From Caulobacter sp. (GTDB taxonomy: Bacteria > Pseudomonadota > Alphaproteobacteria > Caulobacterales > Caulobacteraceae): a DNA stretch of 64,000 bases. Position 1 is the first letter of the stretch. Every line of letters begins with the position of its first letter. The stretch covers positions 7,131 through 71,130 of the forward strand of contig JAUMCZ010000031.1 of NCBI GenBank assembly GCA_032122215.1. Reading direction: 5' to 3'. Of the stretch, positions 39,337-50,203 are shown one piece after another. Below the pieces are notes generated by a model. The model was not told where the DNA came from, searched no databases, and saw only the letters and a list, made by a program, of their open reading frames with translations. The translations under genes were made by a program, and so were the position numbers.

Positions 39337-41631
39337 ATGAGGCTGGACCGCACCGATCCGCGCAAGACTCGCGCCCGCCTGCTGGCCGGGGCGACGGCGC
39401 TCGCGTTCACCGCCCTGGCCCTGCCCGCCTTCGCGGACGAGGACGGCGCCATCGCCACCGCCCTGCCCGCCATGGCCGCCGCGCCGGAACCGGCCGCGCC
39501 GCTTGCCGACGATGGCCTGGGTGAGACGGGCTACCTGCTGGAATCCGACACGCTCGTCCAGGACGACACCGGCGGCACGATCACCGCCGAAGGCGAGGTC
39601 CAGATCCGCAACCAGGGCCGCACCCTGCGGGCCGATCGCGTGGTCTACAATCGCACCACCGGCGTCGTTGTCGCCTCCGGCAACGTGGTTGTCGTCGACC
39701 AGGACGGAACGACCGCCTTCGCCAATGAAATGGTCCTCGACGACCAGTTCCGGGCCGGCGTCGCCAAGGGCTTCTCGGCCCGGCTGCAGAACAACATCAA
39801 GATCGCCGGCGACACCCTGGTCCGCCGCGATGACAACACCGCCGAACTCAACAAGGGCATCTACACCCCCTGCGAGCTCTGCGAGGAAGACAAGACCAGG
39901 GATCCGACCTGGTCGATCAAGGCCGACAAAGTGGTCCAGGATGGTGAAAACCACCTGATCTATTACGAGAACGCCGTCATAGAAATGTTCGGCGTTCCAG
40001 TGTTTTACACGCCGATCCTCTGGCACGCGGATCCCGGCGCCGACCGCATGTCCGGCCTGCTGCCCCCGACCATCGTCGCCTCGCAGCGGCGCGGCCTGTC
40101 GTACGAGCAGCCCTACCTCTGGGTGATCAACCCCTACTCCGACCTGACCGTGACGCCGCAGGTCAACACCAAGGTCAATCCGTTCGTCAACTTCGACTAC
40201 CGCCAGCGCTTCTACAGCGGCGAGATCGAGGCCCGGTTCGGCTATACCTACAGCAAGGACCTCGACAGCAACGGCAGCAAGATCGGTGACGCGACCCATC
40301 GCTCCTACGTGCTGGCCAACGGCGCCTTCGATATCGACGAGAAATGGAAGTGGGGCTTTGCGGCCGAGCGCGCCAGCGACGACCTGATCTTCGACAAATA
40401 CGACATCAGCGACGTCTCCCGGCAACGCGGCCTGGTTTCCAGCGATAACCGTCGCCTGACCAGCCAGCTGTTCGCCACGCGTCAGGACAATCTCTCCTGG
40501 TTCTCGGTCAACGCCATCAGCGTCCAGGGCCTGCGCCCGACCGACAATGACCGCACCTTCCCGACCATCGCCCCGCTGATCGAAGGCCGGTTCGAGCTGC
40601 CGATGCCGGTGCTGGGCGGTCGTTTCCGCATGCAGGGCTCGGCGGTGGTGCTGACCCGCGAGCAGTCGCAGTTCGTGGCCAGCCAGCCCGGCGCCGATTC
40701 GCGTCGCGCCACCTTCCAGGCCGACTGGCGCACCAGCGTCACCTTCGACAGCGGCCTGCGGATTTCGCCCTTTGTGGAAGCGCGCGGCGACTACTACTCC
40801 ATCGAGGACTATCCGGCCGCCGGAGGCAGTGCGAGCTTTGGCCGCGCCCTCGGCGTGATCGGTTTCGACCTCACCTACCCGCTGTTCCGCCGCGACGGCG
40901 ACCGCACCATCGTGCTGGAACCGATCGCCCAGATCGCCGTGTCGCCCGACAGCGACCTCGACCCCCGCCTGCCGAACGAGGACTCCATCGTCCTGGAGTT
41001 CGACGAGACCAACCTCTTCCGCGCCAACAAGTCGCCCGGGTTCGATCTCTACGAAGGCGGCCTGCGGCTCAACGTCGGGGGCCGGGCGACCGTCTCCTTC
41101 GACGACGGCCGTTCCTTCAGCCTGCTGGTCGGACGCAGCTTCCGCGACACGGACGACACCGTCCTGCCCGCCCGCAGCGGCCTGCAGCCCAAGGCCAGCG
41201 ACTGGATCGTGGCCGGCGACGCCAAGCCCTTCCAGAACCTGACCCTGTACGGTCGGGCTCGCCTGGATTCGGAAACCCTGGACCTGCGCCGCCTCGAGAT
41301 CGGGGTGAACGCCACGTTCGAACGGGCCAACGGCTATGTCCGCTACCTGCACGACAACCAGGACATCACCGGCGTCGAACGCCAGGACATCGACTTCGCC
41401 GCCGATGTCATGGTCACCAGGACCTTCGGCATCACCACGGCCGGTGTCTGGGATATCGAGAACGACGTCTGGCGCCGCCAGGAACTGGGCGCCTTCTACC
41501 GCGACGACTGCCTGGACCTGGCCATCGTCTGGATCCACGAGGAGACGTTCAACCGCTCGCTCGGCCCATCGGACTCGGTGGTCCTGCGCCTAACGCTCGC
41601 CACATTGGGCGATAAAGGCTACAGGCGGTGA
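39337..41631 (+). CDS. lptD: LPS assembly protein LptD
   Basis: OstA-like N-domain (LRADRVVYN), YTPCELC, WSIKA, GVPVFYTP, C-terminal YRDDC...L.LATLG. Confidence 0.92.
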   Translation: MRLDRTDPRKTRARLLAGATALAFTALALPAFADEDGAIATALPAMAAAPEPAAPLADDGLGETGYLLESDTLVQDDTGGTITAEGEVQIRNQGRTLRADRVVYNRTTGVVVASGNVVVVDQDGTTAFANEMVLDDQFRAGVAKGFSARLQNNIKIAGDTLVRRDDNTAELNKGIYTPCELCEEDKTRDPTWSIKADKVVQDGENHLIYYENAVIEMFGVPVFYTPILWHADPGADRMSGLLPPTIVASQRRGLSYEQPYLWVINPYSDLTVTPQVNTKVNPFVNFDYRQRFYSGEIEARFGYTYSKDLDSNGSKIGDATHRSYVLANGAFDIDEKWKWGFAAERASDDLIFDKYDISDVSRQRGLVSSDNRRLTSQLFATRQDNLSWFSVNAISVQGLRPTDNDRTFPTIAPLIEGRFELPMPVLGGRFRMQGSAVVLTREQSQFVASQPGADSRRATFQADWRTSVTFDSGLRISPFVEARGDYYSIEDYPAAGGSASFGRALGVIGFDLTYPLFRRDGDRTIVLEPIAQIAVSPDSDLDPRLPNEDSIVLEFDETNLFRANKSPGFDLYEGGLRLNVGGRATVSFDDGRSFSLLVGRSFRDTDDTVLPARSGLQPKASDWIVAGDAKPFQNLTLYGRARLDSETLDLRRLEIGVNATFERANGYVRYLHDNQDITGVERQDIDFAADVMVTRTFGITTAGVWDIENDVWRRQELGAFYRDDCLDLAIVWIHEETFNRSLGPSDSVVLRLTLATLGDKGYRR

Positions 41632-41673
41632 CCTTCCCCGCAGAGCGCGCTTTTGCGCTGGCGGACTTGCACT

Positions 41674-43014
41674 ATGGGAACGACGAATTTGCTCTCGACG
41701 CTTAAGGTAACGGGCAGGATCCTGGCCACGGTTTCGGTCATCGCCCTGGCCACGGCTGGCATGCCCACGGCCGCTTTCGCGCAGGAAGCGCCCGCTCCCG
41801 CCGTGCAGCCGGACCTGGCCGAAGGCGTCGCGGCGGTCGTCAACGACGACATCATTTCCAGCTACGACCTGGTGCAGCGCATGAAGCTGCTGATCCTGAC
41901 CACCGGCTTCCAGCCGACCGCGGAAACCCTGCCGCAGCTGCAGTCCGAAGCCCTGCGCCAGATGATCGACGAGCGCCTGAAGCGTCAGGAGCTGCGCCGC
42001 GTCGAGAAGGAAAACAAGACCAGCATCCTGCCCACCGACAAGGAGCTGGATGAGGTCATCGCCGATCAGGTCCAGGGCCAGTACAAGGTCACCGCCGACC
42101 AGTTCTTTGCCCAGTTGGCGGCCCAGGGCGTCGCTTCCGAAACCTATCGCGAACAGATTCGCATCGACTACGCCTGGGAAGGCTACATGCGCGGCCGTTA
42201 CGGCTCCCGCCTGCGCGTCGGCGCCGATCAGGTGAAAGCCGTTCAGAAGCGCCTGTCCGACGCCGCCACCAAGCCGCAGTATCAGGTCAGCGAAATCTTC
42301 ATCGACAACGCCCGCGTCGGCGGCCCGGACGTGGCCTTCAACGGCGCCCAGTCGCTGATCAGCCAGATGCAGCAGGGCGCGCCCTTCCCGCAGGTGGCCC
42401 GCCAGTTCTCCGCCTCGCCGACAGCGGCCAGCGGCGGCGACGCCGGCTGGGTCTCGCCCGGCGAGATGCCGCCCGAAGTCGACGCGGTGCTCGATGCCGT
42501 GCGCCCCGGACAGATCTCCCCGCCGATCCCGACCCAGGACGGCGTCTATGTCATCTGGGTCCGCGAAAAGCGGGCCGGCGGCACGACCAGCCTGGTGACC
42601 CTCAAGCAGGCCGCCGTCACCGTCGACGCCGCCGCCGACCAGGCCGCTGTCAACGCCGCCTCCGCCTCGCTGGAAAAGCTGCGCGCCCTGAACCCCACCT
42701 GCGCCGATCTCGAGGGCAAGGCCGGCCAGGTGGCTGACGTCGTCGCCGGCGACATGGGCGAAATCGAGGTCTCCGGCCTCACCGGCGGCTTCGCCGAAGC
42801 CGCCGCCAACACCCCGGAGAACCAGCTGTCGGCGACCCCGATCCGCACGGACGTCGGCGTCCACCTGGTCATGGTCTGCGGCAAGCGCAACAGCGGCGGC
42901 GCCATCCCGACCGCCGAACAGATCGAACGGCGCCTGATCGCCCAGCAACTGGATCTGGTCGGCAAGCGCGTCATGCGTGACCTGAGGATGCAGGCCACGA
43001 TCGAGAACCGGTGA
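41674..43014 (+). CDS. surA: SurA-like peptidyl-prolyl isomerase/chaperone
   Basis: VAAVVNDDIISSYD, parvulin domain FPQVARQFS..GGDAGW, PIPTQDGVY; position between lptD and pdxA. Confidence 0.88.
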   Translation: MGTTNLLSTLKVTGRILATVSVIALATAGMPTAAFAQEAPAPAVQPDLAEGVAAVVNDDIISSYDLVQRMKLLILTTGFQPTAETLPQLQSEALRQMIDERLKRQELRRVEKENKTSILPTDKELDEVIADQVQGQYKVTADQFFAQLAAQGVASETYREQIRIDYAWEGYMRGRYGSRLRVGADQVKAVQKRLSDAATKPQYQVSEIFIDNARVGGPDVAFNGAQSLISQMQQGAPFPQVARQFSASPTAASGGDAGWVSPGEMPPEVDAVLDAVRPGQISPPIPTQDGVYVIWVREKRAGGTTSLVTLKQAAVTVDAAADQAAVNAASASLEKLRALNPTCADLEGKAGQVADVVAGDMGEIEVSGLTGGFAEAAANTPENQLSATPIRTDVGVHLVMVCGKRNSGGAIPTAEQIERRLIAQQLDLVGKRVMRDLRMQATIENR

Positions 43015-44045
43015 CCGGTCGGCCGCTCGCCGTCACCCTTGGCGATCCGGCCGGCATCGGCGCGGAAATCATCGTCAAGGCCTGGAACGCCGTGCGGGCG
43101 GAAGGCCGGCCCTTTCTGGTGATCGGCGACGCCGGCTGCCTTCGCTCGGCCCCCGGCGGGCTCGGCACGCCGGTCCAGGCCATCGGCAGCCCCGCAGAGG
43201 CCGACAAGGTCTTCGCCACCGCCATTCCCGTGCTGCACCAGCCCATGTCGGCCCCGGTCGTCGCCGGCAAGCCCTCGCCGGACCATGCGAAGTCGGTGAT
43301 TGGCTGGATCGAGACCGCCGTCGGCCTGGCCCTGACCGGCGCGGTGAAGGGCATCGTCACCGCCCCCATCGCCAAGGCCCCCCTCTATGCCGCCGGCTTC
43401 AAATTCCCGGGCCATACCGAGTTCCTGGCTGAACTGACCGCCGCCGAGAGCCACGATGGCGCCGGTGGACCGGTCATGATGCTGGCCGCTCCCGAACAGC
43501 CGGGCAGTCACGGCGGCCTGCGCGTCTGCCTGGCCACCATCCACACCCCGCTTTCACAAGTGGCGGCCAGCCTGACCATCGAGAGCCTGGTCAACGCCGG
43601 CCTGGTCACCGCCCAGGCCCTGCGCCGCGACTTCGGCATCGCCCAGCCCCGCCTGGCGGTCGCGGGCCTCAACCCGCACGCGGGCGAGGATGGCGGCATC
43701 GGCCGCGAGGAGATCGAGATCATCGGCCCGGCCGTGCGCGCGCTGCGCGACCTCGGGGTCGAGGCGACCGGCCCGTCACCGGCCGACACCCTGTTTCACC
43801 CGGAGGCCCGCCGACGCTATGACGCGGTCCTCTGCATGTATCACGATCAGGGCCTTATCCCGTTGAAGATGCTCGACTTCTGGGGCGGCGTTAATGTGAC
43901 GCTCGGCCTGCCCATCGTCCGCACCTCCCCCGATCACGGGACCGGGTTCGACATCGCCGGCCGGGGTCTGGCCCGCGCCGACAGTTTCATCAACGCCTTG
44001 AAGATGGCGGCCCGGATCGCCGATCGCCGCCTGGCCGCCGCATGA
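43011..44045 (+). CDS. pdxA: 4-hydroxythreonine-4-phosphate dehydrogenase
   Basis: TLGDPAGIGAE, TAPIAK, PGHTEFLA, GLNPHAGE, MYHDQGLIP, RTSPDHGT. Confidence 0.96.
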   Translation: MTGRPLAVTLGDPAGIGAEIIVKAWNAVRAEGRPFLVIGDAGCLRSAPGGLGTPVQAIGSPAEADKVFATAIPVLHQPMSAPVVAGKPSPDHAKSVIGWIETAVGLALTGAVKGIVTAPIAKAPLYAAGFKFPGHTEFLAELTAAESHDGAGGPVMMLAAPEQPGSHGGLRVCLATIHTPLSQVAASLTIESLVNAGLVTAQALRRDFGIAQPRLAVAGLNPHAGEDGGIGREEIEIIGPAVRALRDLGVEATGPSPADTLFHPEARRRYDAVLCMYHDQGLIPLKMLDFWGGVNVTLGLPIVRTSPDHGTGFDIAGRGLARADSFINALKMAARIADRRLAAA

Positions 44046-44854
44046 CCCTCGAAGACCTGCCCCCCCTGCGCGAAAGCCTCGACCAGCACGGCCTGCTGGC
44101 CAAGAAGGCGTTCGGCCAGCACTTCCTGCTGGACCTCAACATCACCCGCAAGATCGCCCGCCTGGCCGGCCCTCTGGAAGGCCGCACGGTCATCGAGGTC
44201 GGTCCCGGCCCCGGCGGCCTGACCCGCGCCCTGCTGGAGGCCGGCGCCCGGGTGGTGGCGGTCGAGAAGGATCCCCGCTTCGTCCCCCTGCTCGAAGAGC
44301 TGGGCGAGGCGTCCGGCGGCGCCCTGACCATCATCCAGGGCGACGCGCTCAAGGTCGATGAGGCCGTGCTGGCGGGCGGAGACGGCCTGATCGTCGCCAA
44401 CCTGCCCTACAACGTCGGCACGCCCCTGCTGATCAAGTGGCTGACCGGCCCCTGGCGGCCGGTCTCGATGAGCCTGATGTTCCAGAAGGAAGTCGCCGAC
44501 CGCATCGCCGCGCCCGTCGGCTCCGACGCCTATGGCCGGCTTGGCGTCATCAGCCAGGCCATCTGTCGCTGCCGCGTGGTCATGGACCTGCCCGCCAAGG
44601 CCTTCACGCCGCCGCCGAAGGTGGCCTCGGCCGTGGTGCGGCTGGATCCGCTGGAGGATGCCCCGTCTCCACAGACCATCGCGGCGCTGGAAAAGGTGAC
44701 CGCGGCGGCCTTCGGCCAACGCCGCAAGATGCTGCGCTCCAGCCTGAAGCAGCTCGGCGGCGCGGCGCTGTGCGAAAAGGCCGGCATCGACCCCGACGCC
44801 CGCGCCGAAACCATCGATGTCGCCGGGTTCCTGCGGTTGGCGGACGCCCTGTGA
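44042..44854 (+). CDS. rsmA: 16S rRNA m6,2A1518/1519 dimethyltransferase
   Basis: KAFGQHFL, EVGPGPGGLT, ANLPYNV, MFQKEVA, FTPPPKV, QRRKMLR. Confidence 0.96.
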   Translation: MTLEDLPPLRESLDQHGLLAKKAFGQHFLLDLNITRKIARLAGPLEGRTVIEVGPGPGGLTRALLEAGARVVAVEKDPRFVPLLEELGEASGGALTIIQGDALKVDEAVLAGGDGLIVANLPYNVGTPLLIKWLTGPWRPVSMSLMFQKEVADRIAAPVGSDAYGRLGVISQAICRCRVVMDLPAKAFTPPPKVASAVVRLDPLEDAPSPQTIAALEKVTAAAFGQRRKMLRSSLKQLGGAALCEKAGIDPDARAETIDVAGFLRLADAL

Positions 44855-45017
44855 CCTCCCTCCCCGAATGGGGAGGGCAGACGCGCGGTTACGCGCGTCG
44901 GGTGGGGAACTCGGTCAATGACGTTGAATTTTGAGCGCTGCGGAGCTTCACCGGAGGTCGTGGTGACCCACTTCCCCACCCGGGCTTCGGCCTGCCCTCC
45001 CCATTCGGGGAGGGAGG
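44855..45017. repeat. REP doublet-like element, family B variant (CCTCCCTCCCC..GGGGAGGG), copy 2
   Basis: Arms 44855-44907 and 44974-45017 are reverse complements with identical outer hairpin and variable inner hairpin; between convergent rsmA and gmk. Confidence 0.85.
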
Positions 45018-45034
45018 GGTTCCAGCGCCTGCGC

Positions 45035-45676
45035 CTAAACGTCTTCCTTAAGCAGCTCATCCACGAACGGCGCGATCCACAGGTTGCGCGCCCGCTTCAT
45101 CCGCTCGGCGTGATAGATGTGCGCCAGGTCGGAGTAGGCCTTGTCGAAGTCCTCGTTGAGCAGGACGTAGTCGAACGTCTTCCACTGCTCGACCTCGTCC
45201 TTTGAGCGCGCGATCCGCTGGGCGATCACCGCCTCGCTGTCCTGCGACCGGGCATGCAGCCGCCGGCTCATCTCGGCCAGCGACGGCGGCAGGATGTAGA
45301 CCAGCACCGAGTCTTCCGGGGCCTGCTCATGGATCGACATGGCGCCCTGGTAGTCGATGTCGAACAGCACGCTCTCGCCGCGATCCAGCGCCTCCATGAT
45401 CGGCTTGCGCGGGCTGCCGTAGCGGTTGCCGTAGACCTCGGCCCATTCGAGAAAGGCGTCCTCGGCGACCATGGCGTCGAACTCGGCCCGGTCGACGAAG
45501 TGGTAGTCGCGGCCCTCGTGCTCGCCGGGGCGCGGATCGCGGGTCGTGGCCGAGATCGACAGCAGGAGGTCGGAGTGGTCGGCCACCAGGCGGCGGGTCA
45601 GGCTGGTCTTGCCGACCCCCGACGGCGCGACGACCATCATCAGCAGTCCGCGCGTCCGGTGCGGTTCACTCGACAT
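45035..45676 (-). CDS. gmk: Guanylate kinase
   Basis: APSGVGKTS, SATTRDPRPGE..GRDYHF, FLEWAEV.GNRYG, DIDYQG. Confidence 0.96.
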   Translation of the reverse strand: MSSEPHRTRGLLMMVVAPSGVGKTSLTRRLVADHSDLLLSISATTRDPRPGEHEGRDYHFVDRAEFDAMVAEDAFLEWAEVYGNRYGSPRKPIMEALDRGESVLFDIDYQGAMSIHEQAPEDSVLVYILPPSLAEMSRRLHARSQDSEAVIAQRIARSKDEVEQWKTFDYVLLNEDFDKAYSDLAHIYHAERMKRARNLWIAPFVDELLKEDV

Positions 45677-46550
45677 TCTGCACCTGCTCCCGGAACTGTT
45701 CGATGGTGGCTTTCAACTCCAGCCCGGTCGCCGTCAAGGCGGGCGTCGCCGATTTCGAACAAAGCGTGTTGGCCTCGCGCATGAATTCCTGGGTCAGGAA
45801 GTCCAGGCGCCTCCCGGCCGGGCCCTCGCCGGTCAACAGCAGGCGCGCCGCCGTCACATGCCCGCCCAACCGGTCCAGCTCTTCCCGCACATCGGCCTTC
45901 ACGGCCATGGCCGCGGCCTCCTGCAGGATGCGCTCCTCGCTGGCGGCCTCGCCGGCCAGTTCGGTCAGGCGTTTCCGGAAGCGGTCGCGAATCATCGGCG
46001 GCTGCTCTCCGGCCAGCGACGCGGCCGCGTCGGTCAGCGCCTCGATGCGATCGACCAGCGCCGACAGCACCGGCAGCAGGGCTGCCCCCTCTTCCAGTCG
46101 CGCCTGCTTCAGGCCATCCAGCGCCACGGCCACGGAGGCCGCCATGGCCGCCTCCAGCACGCTCCGGTCCTCCTCGAGGTCATCCCCCTCGGCCGTCTCC
46201 AGCACGCCGCGCAGGGCCAGCAGCCCATCGGCGCTGGGCGCCGTCGCCTGTCCGGCCGCCACATAGGGCGCCACGGCCGCCAGATAGCGCTCCAGCTGGG
46301 CGATATTGACGTTGACCGCCGAGGTCGCGCCTTCGGCCCGCCGGGCCTGCAGGGTCAGCGACACCTGGCCGCGCTGGAACCGCGCCTGCCCCGCCTCGCG
46401 GGTCCCGCGTTCGAGCGCATCGAACCCTTGCGGGCCCTTGAAGCGGATCTCCAGGTTACGGCCGTTGACGCTGCGCGCCTCGACCGCCCAGCTCCAGGCT
46501 CCCTGCGCGCCCTCGGCCCGCGCGAAGCCTGTCATGCCGGATAGGGCCAT
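45666..46550 (-). CDS. yicC: YicC/YloC family endoribonuclease
   Basis: SGMTGFAR, RSVNGRNLE, KADVREELDRL, GRRLDFL.QEF.REANTLCSK. Confidence 0.93.
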   Translation of the reverse strand: MALSGMTGFARAEGAQGAWSWAVEARSVNGRNLEIRFKGPQGFDALERGTREAGQARFQRGQVSLTLQARRAEGATSAVNVNIAQLERYLAAVAPYVAAGQATAPSADGLLALRGVLETAEGDDLEEDRSVLEAAMAASVAVALDGLKQARLEEGAALLPVLSALVDRIEALTDAAASLAGEQPPMIRDRFRKRLTELAGEAASEERILQEAAAMAVKADVREELDRLGGHVTAARLLLTGEGPAGRRLDFLTQEFMREANTLCSKSATPALTATGLELKATIEQFREQVQNVE

Positions 46551-47608
46551 CAGTTCCCCTTGCCGGGATTCTGGCCGGCCCTTGCGGCGGCCTTCTGCTG
46601 CTCGACGATCCGCCAGCGGGCGACGTTGGCGTTATGCTCCTCCAGCGTCGCGGCGAAGACGTGCCCGCCCGTGCCGTCGGCCACGAAGAAGATCTCGTTG
46701 GTTTCCGGCGGATCGAGCACGGCGGCCAGGCTGGCGCGGCCCGGATTGGCTATGGGTCCGGGCGGCAGGCCGTCGATCTGGTAGGTGTTGTAGGGGTTGG
46801 GCGCGTCCAGCTCGGAGCGGCGAATGCCCCGGCCCAGCGGCCGGCCCTTGGTCAGGCCATAGATGATGGTCGGATCGCTCTGCAGCCGGATCCCCTGGTT
46901 CAGCCGGTTCATGAACACGGCCGCCACGCGCGGGCGCTCGGAGGCGACCCCCGTCTCCTTCTCGACGATGGAGGCCAGGGTGACGGCGTCCTCCGGCGTG
47001 CGGATCGGCAGGCCGCTCTTGCGCTTGTCCCACAGGGCGGCCAGCAGACGGTCGTGGTCGTCCATCATCCGCTGCAGCACGGCGGCGCGCTCCTCGCCCC
47101 GCTCATAGTCATAGGTCTCCGGCAGGATGGTCCCCTCGGCCGGGGTCGCCACGTCGCCGGTCAGGTTGGCTTCCTTCATCAGGGCCTCGACGACCATCTC
47201 GCTGGTCCAGCCCTCGGGGATCGTCACCTGATGGCGTACGACCCTGCCCTTGCGGACATAGTCGAGCACCTGGCTCATCGGCGCCTTGTTCGGAAACTCG
47301 TATTCCCCCGCCTTCAGCTCACGCGCCGCGCCGGTGATCTGCGCCGCCGCCAGGAAGACCGGCGCGGATCGCACCGCCCCCGCCTTTTCCAGCGAGGCGG
47401 CGATCTCGTTCAGACCCGCGCCCCGGCGCAGCATGACGACGTGCACGCTACCATCCTTGGTCGCCGGCCCCGGACCCTGATAGGTCCAAAGCGCCCAGAT
47501 GCCGCCCAGCGCCGCAACCAGCGCCAGCGTCAGCAGGCCGCTGATGGCCATGATCATCAATCTACGCAAAGCTGGTAGGCCCCCGCCCCGACGCTCCGTC
47601 CGTGCCAT
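46550..47608 (-). CDS. mltG: Endolytic transglycosylase MltG
   Basis: N-terminal transmembrane helix, TIPEG, EGTILPETY, LASIVEKET, RLQSDPT, YNTY..GLPPGPIANPG. Confidence 0.95.
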   Translation of the reverse strand: MARTERRGGGLPALRRLMIMAISGLLTLALVAALGGIWALWTYQGPGPATKDGSVHVVMLRRGAGLNEIAASLEKAGAVRSAPVFLAAAQITGAARELKAGEYEFPNKAPMSQVLDYVRKGRVVRHQVTIPEGWTSEMVVEALMKEANLTGDVATPAEGTILPETYDYERGEERAAVLQRMMDDHDRLLAALWDKRKSGLPIRTPEDAVTLASIVEKETGVASERPRVAAVFMNRLNQGIRLQSDPTIIYGLTKGRPLGRGIRRSELDAPNPYNTYQIDGLPPGPIANPGRASLAAVLDPPETNEIFFVADGTGGHVFAATLEEHNANVARWRIVEQQKAAARAGQNPGKGN

Positions 47609-48885
47609 TACACCCGGCGGAAAATGACAGCGGCGTTGGTGCCGCCAAAGCCGAAGCTATTGCTCATCGCGATGTCGATCTTCATCGGCTTCGCCTTGTT
47701 GGCGACCAGATCCAGCGCCGTTTCCTGCTCCTGGTTGTCCAGGTTGATGGTCGGCGGGGCGATGTTGTCGCGGATGGCCAGGATCGAGAAGATCGCCTCG
47801 ATGGCCCCGGCGGCGCCCAGCAGGTGCCCGGTCATCGACTTGGTCGAGCTCATCGCCTTGCCCTTGGCCGCATCCCCCATCAGGCGCTCGACGGCGCCCA
47901 GTTCGAGGTAGTCGGCCATGGTCGAGGTGCCGTGGGCGTTGATGTAGTCGATGTCGCCCGCATCGATGCCGGCGTCCTTGACGGCCGCCCGCATGGCCCG
48001 GAAGCCACCGTCGCCGTCCTCGGCCGGGGCGGTGATGTGGTAGGCGTCGCCGGCCAGGCCGTAGCCGATGACCTCGGCATAGATCTTCGCGCCGCGCGCC
48101 TTGGCGTGCTCGTATTCCTCCAGCATCACCATGCCGGCGCCCTCGCCCATGACGAAGCCCGAACGATCCTTGTCGTAGGGGCGCGAGCCGCCGGTCGGAT
48201 TGTCGTTGTAGTCGGTGTTCATGGCCCGGCAGGCGACAAACCCGGCGATGCCGATCGGGCAGATCGAGGCTTCCGCCCCGCCGGCCAGCATCACGTCGGC
48301 GTCGCCGTATTTGATCAGGCGGCAGGCGTCGCCGATGGCGTGGGCGCCGGTGGCGCAGGCGGTGACGACCGAGTGGTTGGGCCCTTTAAAGCCGTAGCGG
48401 ATCGACACCTGGCCCGAGACCAGGTTGATCAGCGCCGAGGTGATGAAGAAGGGGCTGACCCGGCGCGGACCCTTGTCACGCAGCTCCAGGGCCGTCTTTT
48501 CGATCGTGGCCAGGCCGCCGATGCCGGCGCCGATGATCACGCCGGTGCGTTCGAAGTCCTCGTCGGTCTGCGGGACCCATCCCGAATCACGCACGGCCTC
48601 GTCGGCCGCGGCCATGCCGTAGAGGATGAAGTCGTCGACCTTGCGCTGCTCCTTGGGCGCCATCGTCCCGTTGGGATCGAAGCTGCCGGGCACGTCCGGC
48701 CCGCCGCCGCCGCGTCCATCGACGCGCGGCACCTCACAGGCGATCTCACAGCCGAACCCGGTCGGATCGAAGGTGGTGATCTTGCCCGCGCCGGACTTGC
48801 CGGCCTTGATGCCTTCCCAGGTGATCTCCGCGCCCTGACCCAGGGGCGTGATCAGACCGATTCCGGTAACAACAACACGACGCAT
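47608..48885 (-). CDS. fabF: 3-oxoacyl-ACP synthase II
   Basis: RRVVVTGIG, TACATG, YINAHGTST, TGHLLGAAG, SFGFGGTN. Confidence 0.96.
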   Translation of the reverse strand: MRRVVVTGIGLITPLGQGAEITWEGIKAGKSGAGKITTFDPTGFGCEIACEVPRVDGRGGGGPDVPGSFDPNGTMAPKEQRKVDDFILYGMAAADEAVRDSGWVPQTDEDFERTGVIIGAGIGGLATIEKTALELRDKGPRRVSPFFITSALINLVSGQVSIRYGFKGPNHSVVTACATGAHAIGDACRLIKYGDADVMLAGGAEASICPIGIAGFVACRAMNTDYNDNPTGGSRPYDKDRSGFVMGEGAGMVMLEEYEHAKARGAKIYAEVIGYGLAGDAYHITAPAEDGDGGFRAMRAAVKDAGIDAGDIDYINAHGTSTMADYLELGAVERLMGDAAKGKAMSSTKSMTGHLLGAAGAIEAIFSILAIRDNIAPPTINLDNQEQETALDLVANKAKPMKIDIAMSNSFGFGGTNAAVIFRRV

Positions 48886-49011
48886 TAGAAAAGCTCCGTA
48901 AAGCCCAGAAATCTCTAACTAAAAGCCTGCCCCGAAACGAAGACCGCCGCGCGCATCAGGTTTAAGCCCATGCGGCGCGGCGGCCAACGTATCAGAACTG
49001 TCTTGGCGGGT

Positions 49012-49251
49012 TTAGCCGCCGGTCTTTTCCGAGATGAACTTCACGGCGTCACCAACCGTTTGGATGTGTTCGGCAGCGTCGTCGGGGATTTCGATGTCGA
49101 ATTCCTCTTCGAACGCCATCACCAGCTCAACGTTGTCGAGGCTGTCGGCGCCCAGGTCATCGATGAAGCTCGCCTTCTCGGTGACCTTCTCGGGATCGGC
49201 ATCGAGATGTTCGATGACGATCTTACGCACACGCTCGAGAATGTCGGACAT
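49012..49251 (-). CDS. acpP: Acyl carrier protein
   Basis: DDLGADSLD phosphopantetheine site, [10 protein letters not shown]. Confidence 0.97.
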   Translation of the reverse strand: MSDILERVRKIVIEHLDADPEKVTEKASFIDDLGADSLDNVELVMAFEEEFDIEIPDDAAEHIQTVGDAVKFISEKTGG

Positions 49252-49383
49252 TCGCTATGGTCCCTCTTGGTCTTTTCAAAGGTCCGCGCCAACGCTGGCG
49301 GCGGAAATCGGTGTCTGGCTATCACCTTTTATTCAGGCTTGCCAGCAGGAGAAGGTTTCAGTCGGAACCTAACATTTGCGTGT

Positions 49384-50124
49384 TCAGACCATCACCATGC
49401 CGCCGTTCACGTGCAGCGTCTGCCCGGTGACATAGGCGGCCTCCTGGCTGGCCAGGTAGACACAGGCCGCCGCCACATCCGCCCCCTCGCCCAGCCGGCC
49501 GGCGGGGATACGGGTTGTCAGGGCGGCCTTCTGGGCCTCGTTGAGCTCATCGGTCATCGGGCTGGTGATGAAGCCGGGGGCGACGCAGTTGACCGTCACG
49601 TTGCGGCTGGCGACTTCCTGCGCCAGGGCCTTGGAGAAGCCGATCATGCCGGCCTTGGAGGCCGCGTAGTTGGCCTGGCCGGGATTTCCGGTGACGCCGA
49701 CGATGGAGGTGATGCCGATGATCCGGCCGTACCGGCGCTTCATCATGCCCTTCAGCGCCGCGCGCGAGAGCCGGAAGTAGGATTCGAGGTTTACCCGAAT
49801 CACCTCGTCCCAGTCGGCGTCCTTCATCCGCAGCATCAGCCCGTCGCGGGTGATGCCGGCATTGGCGACCAGGATGTCGAGTTCCTTGCCCGACGCGGCC
49901 TCGGCGGCGGCGATCAGCCCATCGACGCTGGCGGCGTCAGACAGGTTGGCGGCGGCGACCGACACGCGCTCGCCGAACCCGACGGCCAGCTCATCCAGCA
50001 CCGCCTGGCGAGTGCCGGAGAGAACCACATGGGCCCCGGCGTCATGCAGCGCCTTGGCGATGGCGCCGCCGATACCGCCCGTGGCGCCGGTGACGAGGGC
50101 GGTCTTGCCGGTGAGGTCGAACAT
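49384..50124 (-). CDS. fabG: 3-oxoacyl-ACP reductase
   Basis: TGATGGIG, NAGITRD, NYAASKAG, QTLHVNGGM. Confidence 0.96.
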   Translation of the reverse strand: MFDLTGKTALVTGATGGIGGAIAKALHDAGAHVVLSGTRQAVLDELAVGFGERVSVAAANLSDAASVDGLIAAAEAASGKELDILVANAGITRDGLMLRMKDADWDEVIRVNLESYFRLSRAALKGMMKRRYGRIIGITSIVGVTGNPGQANYAASKAGMIGFSKALAQEVASRNVTVNCVAPGFITSPMTDELNEAQKAALTTRIPAGRLGEGADVAAACVYLASQEAAYVTGQTLHVNGGMVMV

Positions 50125-50203
50125 GTCGTTGTCCCGTTCTTTTCCAGTCACCCGCCGAAACGCGCGACTCTGTCTTTCGCTCTACTTACCTGCACCGCGA
50201 AGA